A DNA stretch of 64,000 nt, taken from positions 1-64,000 of IMG/VR virus record IMGVR_UViG_3300025889_000083; one strand, given 5' to 3'. Below the pieces are notes generated by a model. The model had not been told where the DNA came from, did not search any database, and saw nothing but the letters and a program-made list of their open reading frames with translations. Shown here in pieces: positions 9,124 through 18,671 of the stretch. The position numbers and the translations under genes were made by a program. Numbering within the stretch: position 1 is the stretch's first letter; each line of letters starts with the position of its first letter. Source of the DNA: a virus.

Positions 9124-9875
9124 TCTATTGGAATGGATGTAGCTTTGTAAAAGGTTATGAACTCACAGAGAAGAATAGTAACTTTGTAAATAAAGTATCT
9201 GAGCATTTTAATCAAGAGTTTGTAAATGATGCTAAAGTAGGTGGATCAAATGATAGAATCTACCGAACAACGATAGAGTATTGTTTAAAAAATAAACCAG
9301 ATTTAGTAGTTATTATGTGGTCTGGTATTAATCGCCAAGAGTATTTAATGCGAATGGAAAATACTTGGCGACAAATGAATTGGTCAAATTGGTACTGTAA
9401 TTTAAAAACAGGACTCACAGATGTAACAAGATCAGTTCTTCATCACCACCCTGGCGTTACAGATACCGAACAAGAAGTTCTACAAGGATGGGCAAAGTTT
9501 AAAAGTGTAAAGTATAACCTAAAAACTACTTTAAATTACATGATAGGACTAAAATATTTTTTACAAGCTAAAAACATTCCTTATCTTTATTATAACTTTT
9601 CTGATGGGCAGTATAAGCCTTTCTTTAAGTTTTTAGATGAAGAATACTTCGAAGCTGCAAATATCATATGGAGTCCTACTGTTACTCTTACTAGAGAAGA
9701 CTACTTAGTAGAACTTCCACATCTTACAGAAAAGATAGGAATGTATGACTTTACACTAAAACATGGATACAAGATGGGTCGAAGAGATCATCCTCTTGAA
9801 GATGCTCATCAAGCATATGGTGAGTACATAATTAAGGACATTTACGATAATGAATATGATAAAATCTTGGTTTAA
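9120..9875 (+). CDS. SGNH/GDSL-like hydrolase or acyltransferase
   Basis: GCSF near the N-terminus, GGSN, and a C-terminal DHP...H. Confidence 0.6.
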   Translation: MIYWNGCSFVKGYELTEKNSNFVNKVSEHFNQEFVNDAKVGGSNDRIYRTTIEYCLKNKPDLVVIMWSGINRQEYLMRMENTWRQMNWSNWYCNLKTGLTDVTRSVLHHHPGVTDTEQEVLQGWAKFKSVKYNLKTTLNYMIGLKYFLQAKNIPYLYYNFSDGQYKPFFKFLDEEYFEAANIIWSPTVTLTREDYLVELPHLTEKIGMYDFTLKHGYKMGRRDHPLEDAHQAYGEYIIKDIYDNEYDKILV

Positions 9876-9954
9876 GAAATTACAAGTCATGTGGTTTGAA
9901 TGGAAACTAAAACGAAACTACCACGCAGACACCTATGTCTATGAGGATGAGTAA
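9850..9954 (+). CDS. small hypothetical protein, 34 aa (not in the ORF track)
   Basis: MNMIKSWFKKLQVMWFEWKLKRNYHADTYVYEDE*; AAGGA upstream. Confidence 0.4.
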   Translation: MNMIKSWFKKLQVMWFEWKLKRNYHADTYVYEDE

Positions 9955-9985
9955 AGTTGTTCCTGAAAATTTTTGCCACATTTTC

Positions 9986-10025
9986 AAAAATAATTCTTGA
10001 CTTTTGGTCAAGATTTCTATATAAT
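9986..10025 (+). promoter_or_regulatory. sigma70-type phage promoter for ligB/D5
   Basis: AAAAATAATTC-TTGACT(9997-10002)-17 bp-TATAAT(10020-10025). Confidence 0.88.
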
Positions 10026-10051
10026 ATATAAATATTTGAGAGAGAAACAAT

Positions 10052-10828
10052 TTGAGAGAAATTATACCACCGACAAGTTGCCCCGCATGTGACTCTGTTC
10101 TTGAGTTAGTCAATGAACAGTTGTTCTGCAGGAACTACGCTTGTCCTGAACAGTGGGATAAAAAGTTGTCTCATTTTGCTTCCACTCTAAAAATCAAAGG
10201 ACTTGGTCCTGCAACTATTGAAAAGTTGCAAGTTTTGGATTATCCAGAACTGTATGAGTTATCTGTTGATGACTTAGTTGATAGAATAGGATCTGAGAAA
10301 CTGGCAAGTAAATTGTTTGACGAAATACAAAAGTCTAAAAGCGTTAGCTTGCAAGAATTACTGCCAGCTTTCTCTATCAGTTTAATCGGTCAATCGGCTT
10401 CTCAAAAATTATGCGATAGTATCACATCTGTCGATGAGATATCAGAGACTACTTGTGTAGAAGCGGGCATTGGTCCGAAAGCGACTGCTAATCTATTGTC
10501 TTGGTTAGAAACAGAGTTCAAACCCAACAAATACAGAGACTCATTACCTTTCAACTGGAAAGTTAAGAAAGTAAATAAAATAGAAAAGGTTCAAGGAGTT
10601 GTCTGCATTACTGGTAAGTTGAAAAGCTATCCGACTAAGGCTCATGCAGAACAAGTTCTCAAAAATTTCGGATTTATAACTAAACCCAGTCTGACTAAAG
10701 ACTGCACTCACTTAGTAAATGAGAGTGGAATTGAGTCAGCCAAAACACAGACAGCTCGGGAACGAGGTGTCATAATAATAACAAACATTAGACATTTAAT
10801 AGAGGAAAACACAAATGGCATTACCTAA
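10052..10828 (+). CDS. ligB: NAD-dependent DNA ligase subunit B (Zn finger, HhH, BRCT)
   Basis: CPAC...C.N..C, IKGLG HhH, GIGP and VCITG..BRCT. Confidence 0.9.
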   Translation: MREIIPPTSCPACDSVLELVNEQLFCRNYACPEQWDKKLSHFASTLKIKGLGPATIEKLQVLDYPELYELSVDDLVDRIGSEKLASKLFDEIQKSKSVSLQELLPAFSISLIGQSASQKLCDSITSVDEISETTCVEAGIGPKATANLLSWLETEFKPNKYRDSLPFNWKVKKVNKIEKVQGVVCITGKLKSYPTKAHAEQVLKNFGFITKPSLTKDCTHLVNESGIESAKTQTARERGVIIITNIRHLIEENTNGIT

Positions 10829-11528
10829 ATGGACAGATGAAAGAACTCAACAGTTAGTGGATTTCGTTGGTAACGAATCTCCAGTTTCTCAGTCAACAGT
10901 AGCTGACGCTGCTGAAAACCTTGAAACTACTGTTAGATCAGTTTCATCAAAATTAAGAAAAATGGGATTTGATGTAGAACTTGCTTCAGCAGGTAACAGC
11001 AAATCATTCACATCAGAGCAAGAAGCAACTTTACAAGCTTTTGTAACAGACAATTCAGGCTCTTACACTTATGCAGAAATCGCTAGCAACTTTGCTGGTG
11101 GAGAGTTCTCTGCTAAGTCAATTCAAGGTAAAATTCTTTCTATGCAACTTACCGAGCATGTTAAACCAGCTCCTAAAGTTGAAACTGTAAAGACTTACAC
11201 TGAATCAGAAGAATCACAATTCGTTGACATGGTTAACGGTGGTTCTTTTATCGAAGAAATTGCTGATGCCCTAGGCAAATCAGTAAATTCAATCAGAGGT
11301 AAAGCACTTTCACTTCTTAGAGCAGGTGAAATCAATGCTATACCAAAACAAAGAGATACAAAAGGAACAAGCAAGTCCGATCCACTTGCTGACTTAGATA
11401 TCAGCGACATGAGTGTCGAAGAAATTGCTGACAATATCGGCAAAACTGTAAGAGGCGTTAAAACAATGTTGACCAGAAGAGGTCTTCAGTGCGCTGACTA
11501 CGATGGATCAGCTCGTAAAGAGAAGTAA
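10815..11528 (+). CDS. D5: T5 D5-like DNA-binding transcription regulator
   Basis: Repeated HTH units (RSVSSKLRKMG, KSIQGK, NSIRGK, KTVRGVKTMLTRRG); sits after ligB as in T5. Confidence 0.85.
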   Translation: MALPKWTDERTQQLVDFVGNESPVSQSTVADAAENLETTVRSVSSKLRKMGFDVELASAGNSKSFTSEQEATLQAFVTDNSGSYTYAEIASNFAGGEFSAKSIQGKILSMQLTEHVKPAPKVETVKTYTESEESQFVDMVNGGSFIEEIADALGKSVNSIRGKALSLLRAGEINAIPKQRDTKGTSKSDPLADLDISDMSVEEIADNIGKTVRGVKTMLTRRGLQCADYDGSARKEK

Positions 11529-11542
11529 ATTATAAACACAAC

Positions 11543-11570
11543 TAAGCGGGGTTCGCCCCGCTTATTTTTG
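11543..11570 (+). terminator. rho-independent terminator
   Basis: TAAGCGGGG-TTCG-CCCCGCTTA followed by TTTTTG. Confidence 0.9.
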
Positions 11571-11584
11571 TTCGGGAGAGTTTT

Positions 11585-12943
11585 TTGACATTAGAGAGTG
11601 GATTACTAAAACAAATTATATCGCTTGGTGATTTTGACACATGGAATCATCTTAAGCAACACTACTTTCCAGAAGGAGAGTATCAAAAGCTATGGTCTAT
11701 AGTAGATAAGCATGTGAACAAATACCACGAACTTCCCACCTTTGAACAACTAAAACTAGAGATACGCTCTAGGGAATTGCAAGAAAAGATCTATGCAATC
11801 GAGGCAGTCGATACAGACATCGAGCCACACATCCTTTTAGATTACCTAAAAAATCAATTTACCCAAAATGAAATACTAGCCCGTATTGAAAATTACGTGG
11901 AACAAACCATTGCAATCTCCGATGCAAAAGAGAACATTGATCTTTTGCAGGAGATTGTAGTTCAGGTTGAAGATAGAGTTGACGTAAACGACGACGCAGA
12001 AAACATGAACTACGTCGAACTCTTTGATGACGAAGAAGATCTCAAGAAACATCTTCCATTGGGTCTCAATCAAGATTATGATATCGGTTTTACATTCTCT
12101 CCCAAAGATTTGGTCGTTGTTGGCGGCTATCGAGGCGGAGGCAAATCCTTTACCTGTTGTAATATGGCAGTATCTGCCCACGAACGTGGACGCAGTGTAC
12201 TCTACTTTACAATAGAAATGGATTCACGAGCCATCTTGCAACGTATGTGTGCAATGGCTACTGGAGTGCCTATCAGTAGGCTTTCGAGAAGAAAACTCTT
12301 TGATAAAGAGTGGGATCTCGTTGCTGAGTGGTGGGCAAACCGTTTTGAAAATGGAGGTATGCACTTAGCAAACTTCTCCAAGCACAGGGACTTTGACAAG
12401 TTTCACCGTGAACTCACAAGAAACAAGTTGACCTCTGGTGCACAAATAGACGTTCATTACGATCCTGGACTCACTCTCTCAAAGATCGTAAACATTGTTC
12501 GTCAGAAACGACTTCAGTTACCAGACTTAGGTCTGATAATCGTGGACTACCTCAACCAAGTTAAACGCCACAACGCTCCAAGTCGTTCAGGTCAGTATGA
12601 CTGGACTGAACAGATAGAGATTTCAAAAGGTTTAAAACAGTTGGCACAAGAAGAAAAATGTTTAATCGTGTCAGCTTTCCAGACTTCCGAAAAAGGAGAA
12701 GTCAGATTCTCAAAAGGTATTCTCGATGCAGTAGATGCTGCTTACAGTATTCAGCATTGGGGAGATCAAGAACAGTGCATCAAGTTTGTATGTACTAAAA
12801 TGAGAAATGGAAAAGTAGAAGGATTCACCTCGACTATGAACTGGGAATCATTAAAGATCGGACCACAAACCGCTATTGATCCCGATGAACGAGCTGAGTT
12901 AAAAGAAACAATGGAAACTGGAGAAAGCACATATGATTTATGA
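11585..12943 (+). CDS. D6: DnaB-like replicative helicase (T5 D6)
   Basis: Walker A GYRGGGKS, FTIEM, Walker B IIVDYL and KMRNG. Confidence 0.9.
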   Translation: MTLESGLLKQIISLGDFDTWNHLKQHYFPEGEYQKLWSIVDKHVNKYHELPTFEQLKLEIRSRELQEKIYAIEAVDTDIEPHILLDYLKNQFTQNEILARIENYVEQTIAISDAKENIDLLQEIVVQVEDRVDVNDDAENMNYVELFDDEEDLKKHLPLGLNQDYDIGFTFSPKDLVVVGGYRGGGKSFTCCNMAVSAHERGRSVLYFTIEMDSRAILQRMCAMATGVPISRLSRRKLFDKEWDLVAEWWANRFENGGMHLANFSKHRDFDKFHRELTRNKLTSGAQIDVHYDPGLTLSKIVNIVRQKRLQLPDLGLIIVDYLNQVKRHNAPSRSGQYDWTEQIEISKGLKQLAQEEKCLIVSAFQTSEKGEVRFSKGILDAVDAAYSIQHWGDQEQCIKFVCTKMRNGKVEGFTSTMNWESLKIGPQTAIDPDERAELKETMETGESTYDL

Positions 12944-13158
12944 TAGATGCAAAAGCGCACCTTATGGACATGGTTTCCTTATTTGGAGAAAGTATAGACA
13001 TGATTCTATATACAGAAATACAGTTACAAGAAGCTTATAGAGAATATTGTAATAATCTACCTAGGTGGATGCCAGTTCCTGACATAGAGGAATTTAGAAT
13101 AATCTTTGAAGACTATTGGAATGATGAAATATGGGAGATAAATAACAGTGGCGGATGA
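12940..13158 (+). CDS. hypothetical protein
   Basis: ATGA-coupled ORF; an internal SD-led ATG is possible at 12980. Confidence 0.5.
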   Translation: MIDAKAHLMDMVSLFGESIDMILYTEIQLQEAYREYCNNLPRWMPVPDIEEFRIIFEDYWNDEIWEINNSGG

Positions 13159-13618
13159 TAGAGTAAGTAGAAAAACGGCAGAGTTAGTGCCACTACCACC
13201 ACATACTTGGTATGTAAGAACTATTGGATGGTTATTGGAACAGGAAAAAGTAAAAGAAAATATTATGAATGTTCCACCAAATGAGCCTCTACGAGAAGCT
13301 CTAAAGAATGAAGGAGTACGATCTCCTTTTCTCTGTATGCCAAATTGGTACCCGATTGCAGGAAGTCAAAGACTTAGAGTACTAAGTGAATTGCCTGAGT
13401 TATGGGATCAAGAAGTAAGAGTGTGCAGATTTAATGAAGAATGGTGGCTTATGTTTTACCTTTGGGGAGACAAAGCTGAAAGAGATAGAATCGTAGCTAT
13501 TTGGTTTCAAATGGCAGAACTGGTATGGAAATCTATGTATTATGAAGATGATCCTAAGTTTAAAGAATACGAGAGATTAGGAGACACACTTCCTTGGAAA
13601 CATAAGCAAAATGGTTGA
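13148..13618 (+). CDS. ParB/Srx-fold-like protein
   Basis: L..EG.RSP....YPIAGSQRL resembles the ParB-N G.xR motif. Confidence 0.4.
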   Translation: MADDRVSRKTAELVPLPPHTWYVRTIGWLLEQEKVKENIMNVPPNEPLREALKNEGVRSPFLCMPNWYPIAGSQRLRVLSELPELWDQEVRVCRFNEEWWLMFYLWGDKAERDRIVAIWFQMAELVWKSMYYEDDPKFKEYERLGDTLPWKHKQNG

Positions 13619-14195
13619 GATTACACAAAAAGCAACAGATTATTTAAAAGACGAATATCGTATGATTCATGCCAATAAAGATATTGGTATGATGATTGGT
13701 GAGCAAGTTATGTATTGGGTTTGGAATATTCAAGATCTAACATTTGAATTTGCAGGCGATGTTCGCATACTAGACTTTGGATGCGGTAAAGCATATCCTT
13801 ACACTAAAAGAAGAATACATAGACTTTGGGACACTACTAAAGTTATATTTTATGATATTGGAATACCAAAGTTTGAAAAGAAACCACCAGTAGGTGAGTT
13901 TAATGCAGTCGTATCCTGTGATGTGCTAGAGCATATTCCAGAAGATGAAATAGATGCAACTTTTGAGTATTGGTATGCAAATCCAAACATGAAGTTTGTG
14001 TTTGCAACTATAGCAGGTTTCCCAGCAAGAGCCACACTGAGTGATGGTAGCAATGCTCATGTAACTCTCAAACCAATAGAGTGGTGGATTGAAAAAATCA
14101 AGAAGTATCAAAATTGCAAAACAGAGCTAATGTACTTCCCCGAAAAAGGTAAGCAGTATGCAGCCCAAAGATACATACTCGAATATAGTTCTTGA
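13611..14195 (+). CDS. class I SAM-dependent methyltransferase
   Basis: ILDFGCGK (motif I), YD and CDVLEHIP. Confidence 0.85.
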   Translation: MVEITQKATDYLKDEYRMIHANKDIGMMIGEQVMYWVWNIQDLTFEFAGDVRILDFGCGKAYPYTKRRIHRLWDTTKVIFYDIGIPKFEKKPPVGEFNAVVSCDVLEHIPEDEIDATFEYWYANPNMKFVFATIAGFPARATLSDGSNAHVTLKPIEWWIEKIKKYQNCKTELMYFPEKGKQYAAQRYILEYSS

Positions 14196-14220
14196 CATAC
14201 AGTTAAAAATAGTGTATAAT
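14183..14220 (+). promoter_or_regulatory. sigma70-type phage promoter
   Basis: ATATAGTTC-TTGACA(14192-14197)-17 bp-TATAAT(14215-14220). Confidence 0.9.
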
Positions 14221-14228
14221 AATATCAT

Positions 14229-15068
14229 ATGACAGCAGAGGAATTTTTACAAGAAAAAGGCATAAGATTTACCCACAGTGGTAGAGACTGCCTTATATCA
14301 TGTTTAAATCCTGAGCATGATGATAGTAACCCATCAATGCGAGTTGATCGAGTTACAGGTTTATTTAATTGTTTTCCTTGTGGTTTTAAAGGAAACATTT
14401 TTACCTACTTCGGAGCACCACAGTCTCCACTAGAAGTAAGGATTCATAGAATAAAAGAAAAAGTATTACAAATCAGATCACAAACAGTCGGTCTAACTCT
14501 CCCAAAAGAAAGACTGAAATGGCAAGGTGGTGTGTTCCGAGGAATCAGTGCTAAAACACTTGAGATTTGGGACGCTTTCACATGGGATGCTCCAAAATTC
14601 GAAGGACGCATCATCTTTCCAATTAGAGATATAACTGGGAAAACAGTAGCACTGATAGGCAGAATGATTAATGATGTAGGACCAAACAAGTACTATATCT
14701 ATCCACAAGGAGTACAAATGCCATTCTGTCCAGCGAAAGTTAAACCGATACAGAACAGAGTTATTTTGGTTGAAGGAATCTTTGATGCTCTCAACCTTTG
14801 GGACAAAGGTCTCAAGAACACAGTTTGTTGCTTCGGCACAAACCAAATGAATTGGGTTAAACTCAGTTTACTTAAATTACAAGGTGTCAGAGGACTTGAC
14901 ATTATGTTTGATGGTGATGATGCAGGACGCAAAGCAGCAGAGGCAACCAAAGGATTAGCAGAGAAGTTGGAAATGTCAGTGCAAATCATAACACTCAAAG
15001 ATGGACAAGATCCTGGCAATATGAATCAATCAACAGTAGATAAGGTTAGAAAGAGATTATATGGGTAA
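14229..15068 (+). CDS. pri: DNA primase (Zn-binding + Toprim)
   Basis: C...H.D..PS...C..C, EGIFD and FDGD.AG. Confidence 0.92.
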   Translation: MTAEEFLQEKGIRFTHSGRDCLISCLNPEHDDSNPSMRVDRVTGLFNCFPCGFKGNIFTYFGAPQSPLEVRIHRIKEKVLQIRSQTVGLTLPKERLKWQGGVFRGISAKTLEIWDAFTWDAPKFEGRIIFPIRDITGKTVALIGRMINDVGPNKYYIYPQGVQMPFCPAKVKPIQNRVILVEGIFDALNLWDKGLKNTVCCFGTNQMNWVKLSLLKLQGVRGLDIMFDGDDAGRKAAEATKGLAEKLEMSVQIITLKDGQDPGNMNQSTVDKVRKRLYG

Positions 15069-15930
15069 TAATTGGGTAAGAGAAGAGGATGATGTAATTA
15101 TAGACGGAATGTTAGAAGACTTATCTAACGATGAAATTGCTATACGCTTGACGGAAACATTTGGTACAGAGTACAGAGAATACCACCAAGATAAAGTCAG
15201 AGGTAGAACAGCGACACTAAGAAAACAAAATTATCGTGATATACATAGTATAAAAAGATCAACTAAAAGAAGAAAAGCAGGAGAAGTACGTAAGTGGACT
15301 GAGGAAGAAATAGAACTTCTTAAAGAACTACGTAACGAAGGCTTTACATCTCCTCAAATCTGTAAAGTATTTAATGAAACATTTACAGATACTAGATGGA
15401 CTCCAAAGATGATTGAAAATTATTTAGCAAATAATAATATTTCTAAAAATACTCATCAAGCAAGCAAAGCAGATACTTGGTATGAAGATAATAAATCTAG
15501 AATACCAGAGCATATAGAATTTGTTAGATTTAATAATATTAGAAATATTGATTTTAAATGTATTGAGTGCGGGCATGAGTTTCACAGACCTAATGCAATG
15601 ACAGAAAGTCCTTGTCCTGCATGTAAATATCCTGTTTCAAACTATGTTTATTTATATGATTTTCCCGAGTGGATAAAAGTCGGATTAGCAGTCAACCCAA
15701 AAAATCGTCCTACTGGCACATGGGAAAATTACGAATTAGTAAAGACATGGAAATTTCCTGATAGACCCAGTGCACAAGAGTTTGAAAAACATACTTTAAC
15801 CCACTGGAGAGGAAAAGCACAAGCGAGTGTTCCTGAAATTTTTGACGGATACACAGAATGTTTACAAAAAGAATTTAAAGAAGAAATAATAAAATGGATA
15901 GATAAAGAGTATGAAAGTCGCATTAATTGA
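15061..15930 (+). mobile_element. putative free-standing homing endonuclease (Myb-like repeats, Zn finger, GIY-YIG/MUG113-like C-terminus)
   Basis: W..EE repeats, CIEC...CPAC, YVYLY...IKVG....R...E...GYTEC; lies between primase and polymerase. Confidence 0.6.
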
Positions 15931-18175
15931 GAGTATACCAACAAGTACAGATTTTAACAAGTATCTTGACTTCGACTTTGATCGTTTTGCACTTTGCAGC
16001 GACAGTAGTAAGAAGAAGATACTAAAACGAGATGTCGATATTGAAATCAATATTGACGATTATGAATGGCTAGTCCTAGTGGGGTCAGAGCCTTTCAAAC
16101 AATTTACACGTAAGTCTTCAATCACCGAATACAATGGAAAAGTAATTGACGAGAAATTTCTCGGTCTAATCAATCCTGCAATGATTCGATTTAAACCTGA
16201 AGCCAAGAAAAGTTTTGAAGAAGCCATCGAGAGTATCAATGGATATGTCTCTGGTGCGCTAAAAATAGAGAAGTTAGACAATGATAAATGTTATGGGATC
16301 ACAGATCCAGAAAGTGCTAAAAAGTTTATATCAGATGCCATCAAAGCTCCTTACGACTTTGTGGCAATGGACTCAGAGACGTCCGCCCTATATCCAAGAG
16401 ATGGTTATATGCTTGGTGTGTCTCTCAGCTATGAACCTGATCATGGTTGCTACATTCACGCTGACTGCATAGATAGCGAAGTAGAGAAACTTCTACAGGA
16501 GTTATTTAACACGAAGAAAGTAGTATTTCACAATGCCAAGTTTGATATTGCATGGTTTGAGTATCACTTTGGATTTAAGTTTCCTCGTTTTGAAGACACC
16601 ATGCTCATGCACTATATGTTCAACGAGAATCCTGGCAATCACGGACTAAAAACTCTTGCTATGAAACACACTCCCTATGGGGACTATGAAAAAACACTTG
16701 AAGATTGGTCAGAAACTTATCGTAGACAAAATGGTATTCTAAAAGATGACTTTGATTATAGCATGATACCATTCGATGTCATGAAGGACTACGCGGCAAT
16801 GGATGCCGTAGTTACGTTCCTTTTATATCAAAAAATGTCTGCAGCACTGGTCAAGAACGAAAAACTATACGGCGTCTACACAAATATTTTATTAGAAGGT
16901 TGTAGATTTTTGCTCGACATTCAAGATAACGGAGTGCCGTTTGACAAAGAAAGACTGGTTGAAGCACAGAGTATCATGTCGAAGCAGATTGATGAAGCAG
17001 TGGAAACACTACAGAAACACCCAGCTGTCCAGCAGTTTATAAAGGACAAAGGTGCTTTCAATCCCAATAGTACTTTACAGTTAAGAGAGTTGTTATTTGA
17101 TTATGTAGGGCTAGCCCCAACGGGTAAGAAAACTGGCACGGGTGCAGATAGTACAGATGCGGAAGTTTTACAGACATTGGCAGAGGAGCATGAGATTCCT
17201 GGACTCATATTAGAGGTTCGTCAGAAAGTTAAGATCAAGAATACATATCTTGACAAGATTATTCCAAGTTTAGATCGTGATAGTCGGTTACGAACAAATT
17301 TCAATCTGCATGGCACGACTTCAGGGCGACTCTCCAGTAGTGGAAAACTGAATATGCAACAGTTGCCTCGTGATAATCCCACCGTGAAAGGTTGCATCAA
17401 AGCTGCCGAAGGCAGCCAGATTGTTGCAATGGACTTAACAACAGCAGAGGTTTATGTTGCTGCCGTTCTTTCACAAGATATCGGTCTGATGGAAGTGTTT
17501 CGATCAGGTGGAAACTTTCACAGTACGATTGCAAAACAAGTATTTAACCTACCCTGTGAGGTAGAGGATGTAGAGAAATTCTACAAAGAGAAAAGACAAC
17601 AAGCAAAAGCTGTTACTTTCGGCATCATGTATGGTGCTGGACCAAGCAAGATCTCTTGGCAGGTTACAAAGGACAGCGGACAAGAATTTACAGTAGGAGA
17701 AGCTACAAAAGTTATTAAAGATTACTTTGCTGCTTTTCCAAGATTAAAGAAGTGGTTAGATGACAATCAAAAATTTATTTCAGCAAATGCGTTTACTTAC
17801 AGTATCTTCGGAAGAAAGAGACGATTGCCAGACGCAAAGTCACAGGATAAAGGAATTGCTTCTCATGCTATTCGGAGCGGAATCAACTTTCTCGTTCAGT
17901 CTGTTGCCTCCGATATCAATCTACTGGGCGGTATCGACATGCAAAAGTATATTCAACGAACAGGCATGAAAGCAAAGATATTTGCATTGGTTCATGACTC
18001 CATACTTGCGGAAGTACCGAATGATGAAGTCGATCATTACAAAGAAAAACTCGCAGAATACATACAAATGGATCGTGGATGTACAATCCCAGGCTGTCCA
18101 GTTGGTTGTGACTTTGAAGTAGGTGAAGATTATTCTATGGGAAAATTCACCGCATATTATGATAATACACAGTAG
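15911..18175 (+). CDS. pol: family A DNA polymerase with 3'-5' exonuclease (T5-like)
   Basis: DSET, HNAKFD and YAAMD exonuclease motifs; TSGRLSS, motif A DLTTAE, motif B RQQAKAVTFGIMYG and motif C VHDS. Confidence 0.95.
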   Translation: MKVALIESIPTSTDFNKYLDFDFDRFALCSDSSKKKILKRDVDIEINIDDYEWLVLVGSEPFKQFTRKSSITEYNGKVIDEKFLGLINPAMIRFKPEAKKSFEEAIESINGYVSGALKIEKLDNDKCYGITDPESAKKFISDAIKAPYDFVAMDSETSALYPRDGYMLGVSLSYEPDHGCYIHADCIDSEVEKLLQELFNTKKVVFHNAKFDIAWFEYHFGFKFPRFEDTMLMHYMFNENPGNHGLKTLAMKHTPYGDYEKTLEDWSETYRRQNGILKDDFDYSMIPFDVMKDYAAMDAVVTFLLYQKMSAALVKNEKLYGVYTNILLEGCRFLLDIQDNGVPFDKERLVEAQSIMSKQIDEAVETLQKHPAVQQFIKDKGAFNPNSTLQLRELLFDYVGLAPTGKKTGTGADSTDAEVLQTLAEEHEIPGLILEVRQKVKIKNTYLDKIIPSLDRDSRLRTNFNLHGTTSGRLSSSGKLNMQQLPRDNPTVKGCIKAAEGSQIVAMDLTTAEVYVAAVLSQDIGLMEVFRSGGNFHSTIAKQVFNLPCEVEDVEKFYKEKRQQAKAVTFGIMYGAGPSKISWQVTKDSGQEFTVGEATKVIKDYFAAFPRLKKWLDDNQKFISANAFTYSIFGRKRRLPDAKSQDKGIASHAIRSGINFLVQSVASDINLLGGIDMQKYIQRTGMKAKIFALVHDSILAEVPNDEVDHYKEKLAEYIQMDRGCTIPGCPVGCDFEVGEDYSMGKFTAYYDNTQ

Positions 18176-18671
18176 AAAATTAATCTTTATACACATTCCG
18201 AAATCGGGTGGAACAAGTATAAAAGAATCTCTTACAAGAGAGTGGAATCTTGATATACAGTTTGAAAAACTTAGTAATTTTCCGCCTTATATAGAGAAAG
18301 ACGGATTACAGGCATGGCATTTTAATTACTGGGATGCCATAGATATTCATCCCGATTATGAATATATAACACAGGTTAGACACCCTGTGAATAGATGGGT
18401 AAGTTACTACAAGATGATACGAGAGTTTCATAAAGAGCCGTACTCTTTTGAAGAATTTACAGATAAGTTTCTTGGAGTAAGATTTACAACACAACAGTTT
18501 AAATGGGTAGGTGAGTGCGAAGTACACCGCCTTGAAGATAGAACAATATGGAAACGATTGGGTATTCCAGAAAGAAAAGACAATGTAACAACTATTTCAG
18601 TTGAAGTATCACAATACCATAGACAAAAAATAGAAGAATATTTTAAAGAGGATATGAAAAAATGGTATTAG
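18123..18671 (+). CDS. sulfotransferase
   Basis: FIHIPKSGGTS and VRHPVNRWVSYY. Confidence 0.8.
   Translation: MKIILWENSPHIMIIHSRKLIFIHIPKSGGTSIKESLTREWNLDIQFEKLSNFPPYIEKDGLQAWHFNYWDAIDIHPDYEYITQVRHPVNRWVSYYKMIREFHKEPYSFEEFTDKFLGVRFTTQQFKWVGECEVHRLEDRTIWKRLGIPERKDNVTTISVEVSQYHRQKIEEYFKEDMKKWY

Noticed and set aside
6299-10052. Intron or intein splitting the ligase
   Set aside because: The interval is filled with ordinary ORFs, ligB has its own promoter, and no intein terminal motifs are seen.
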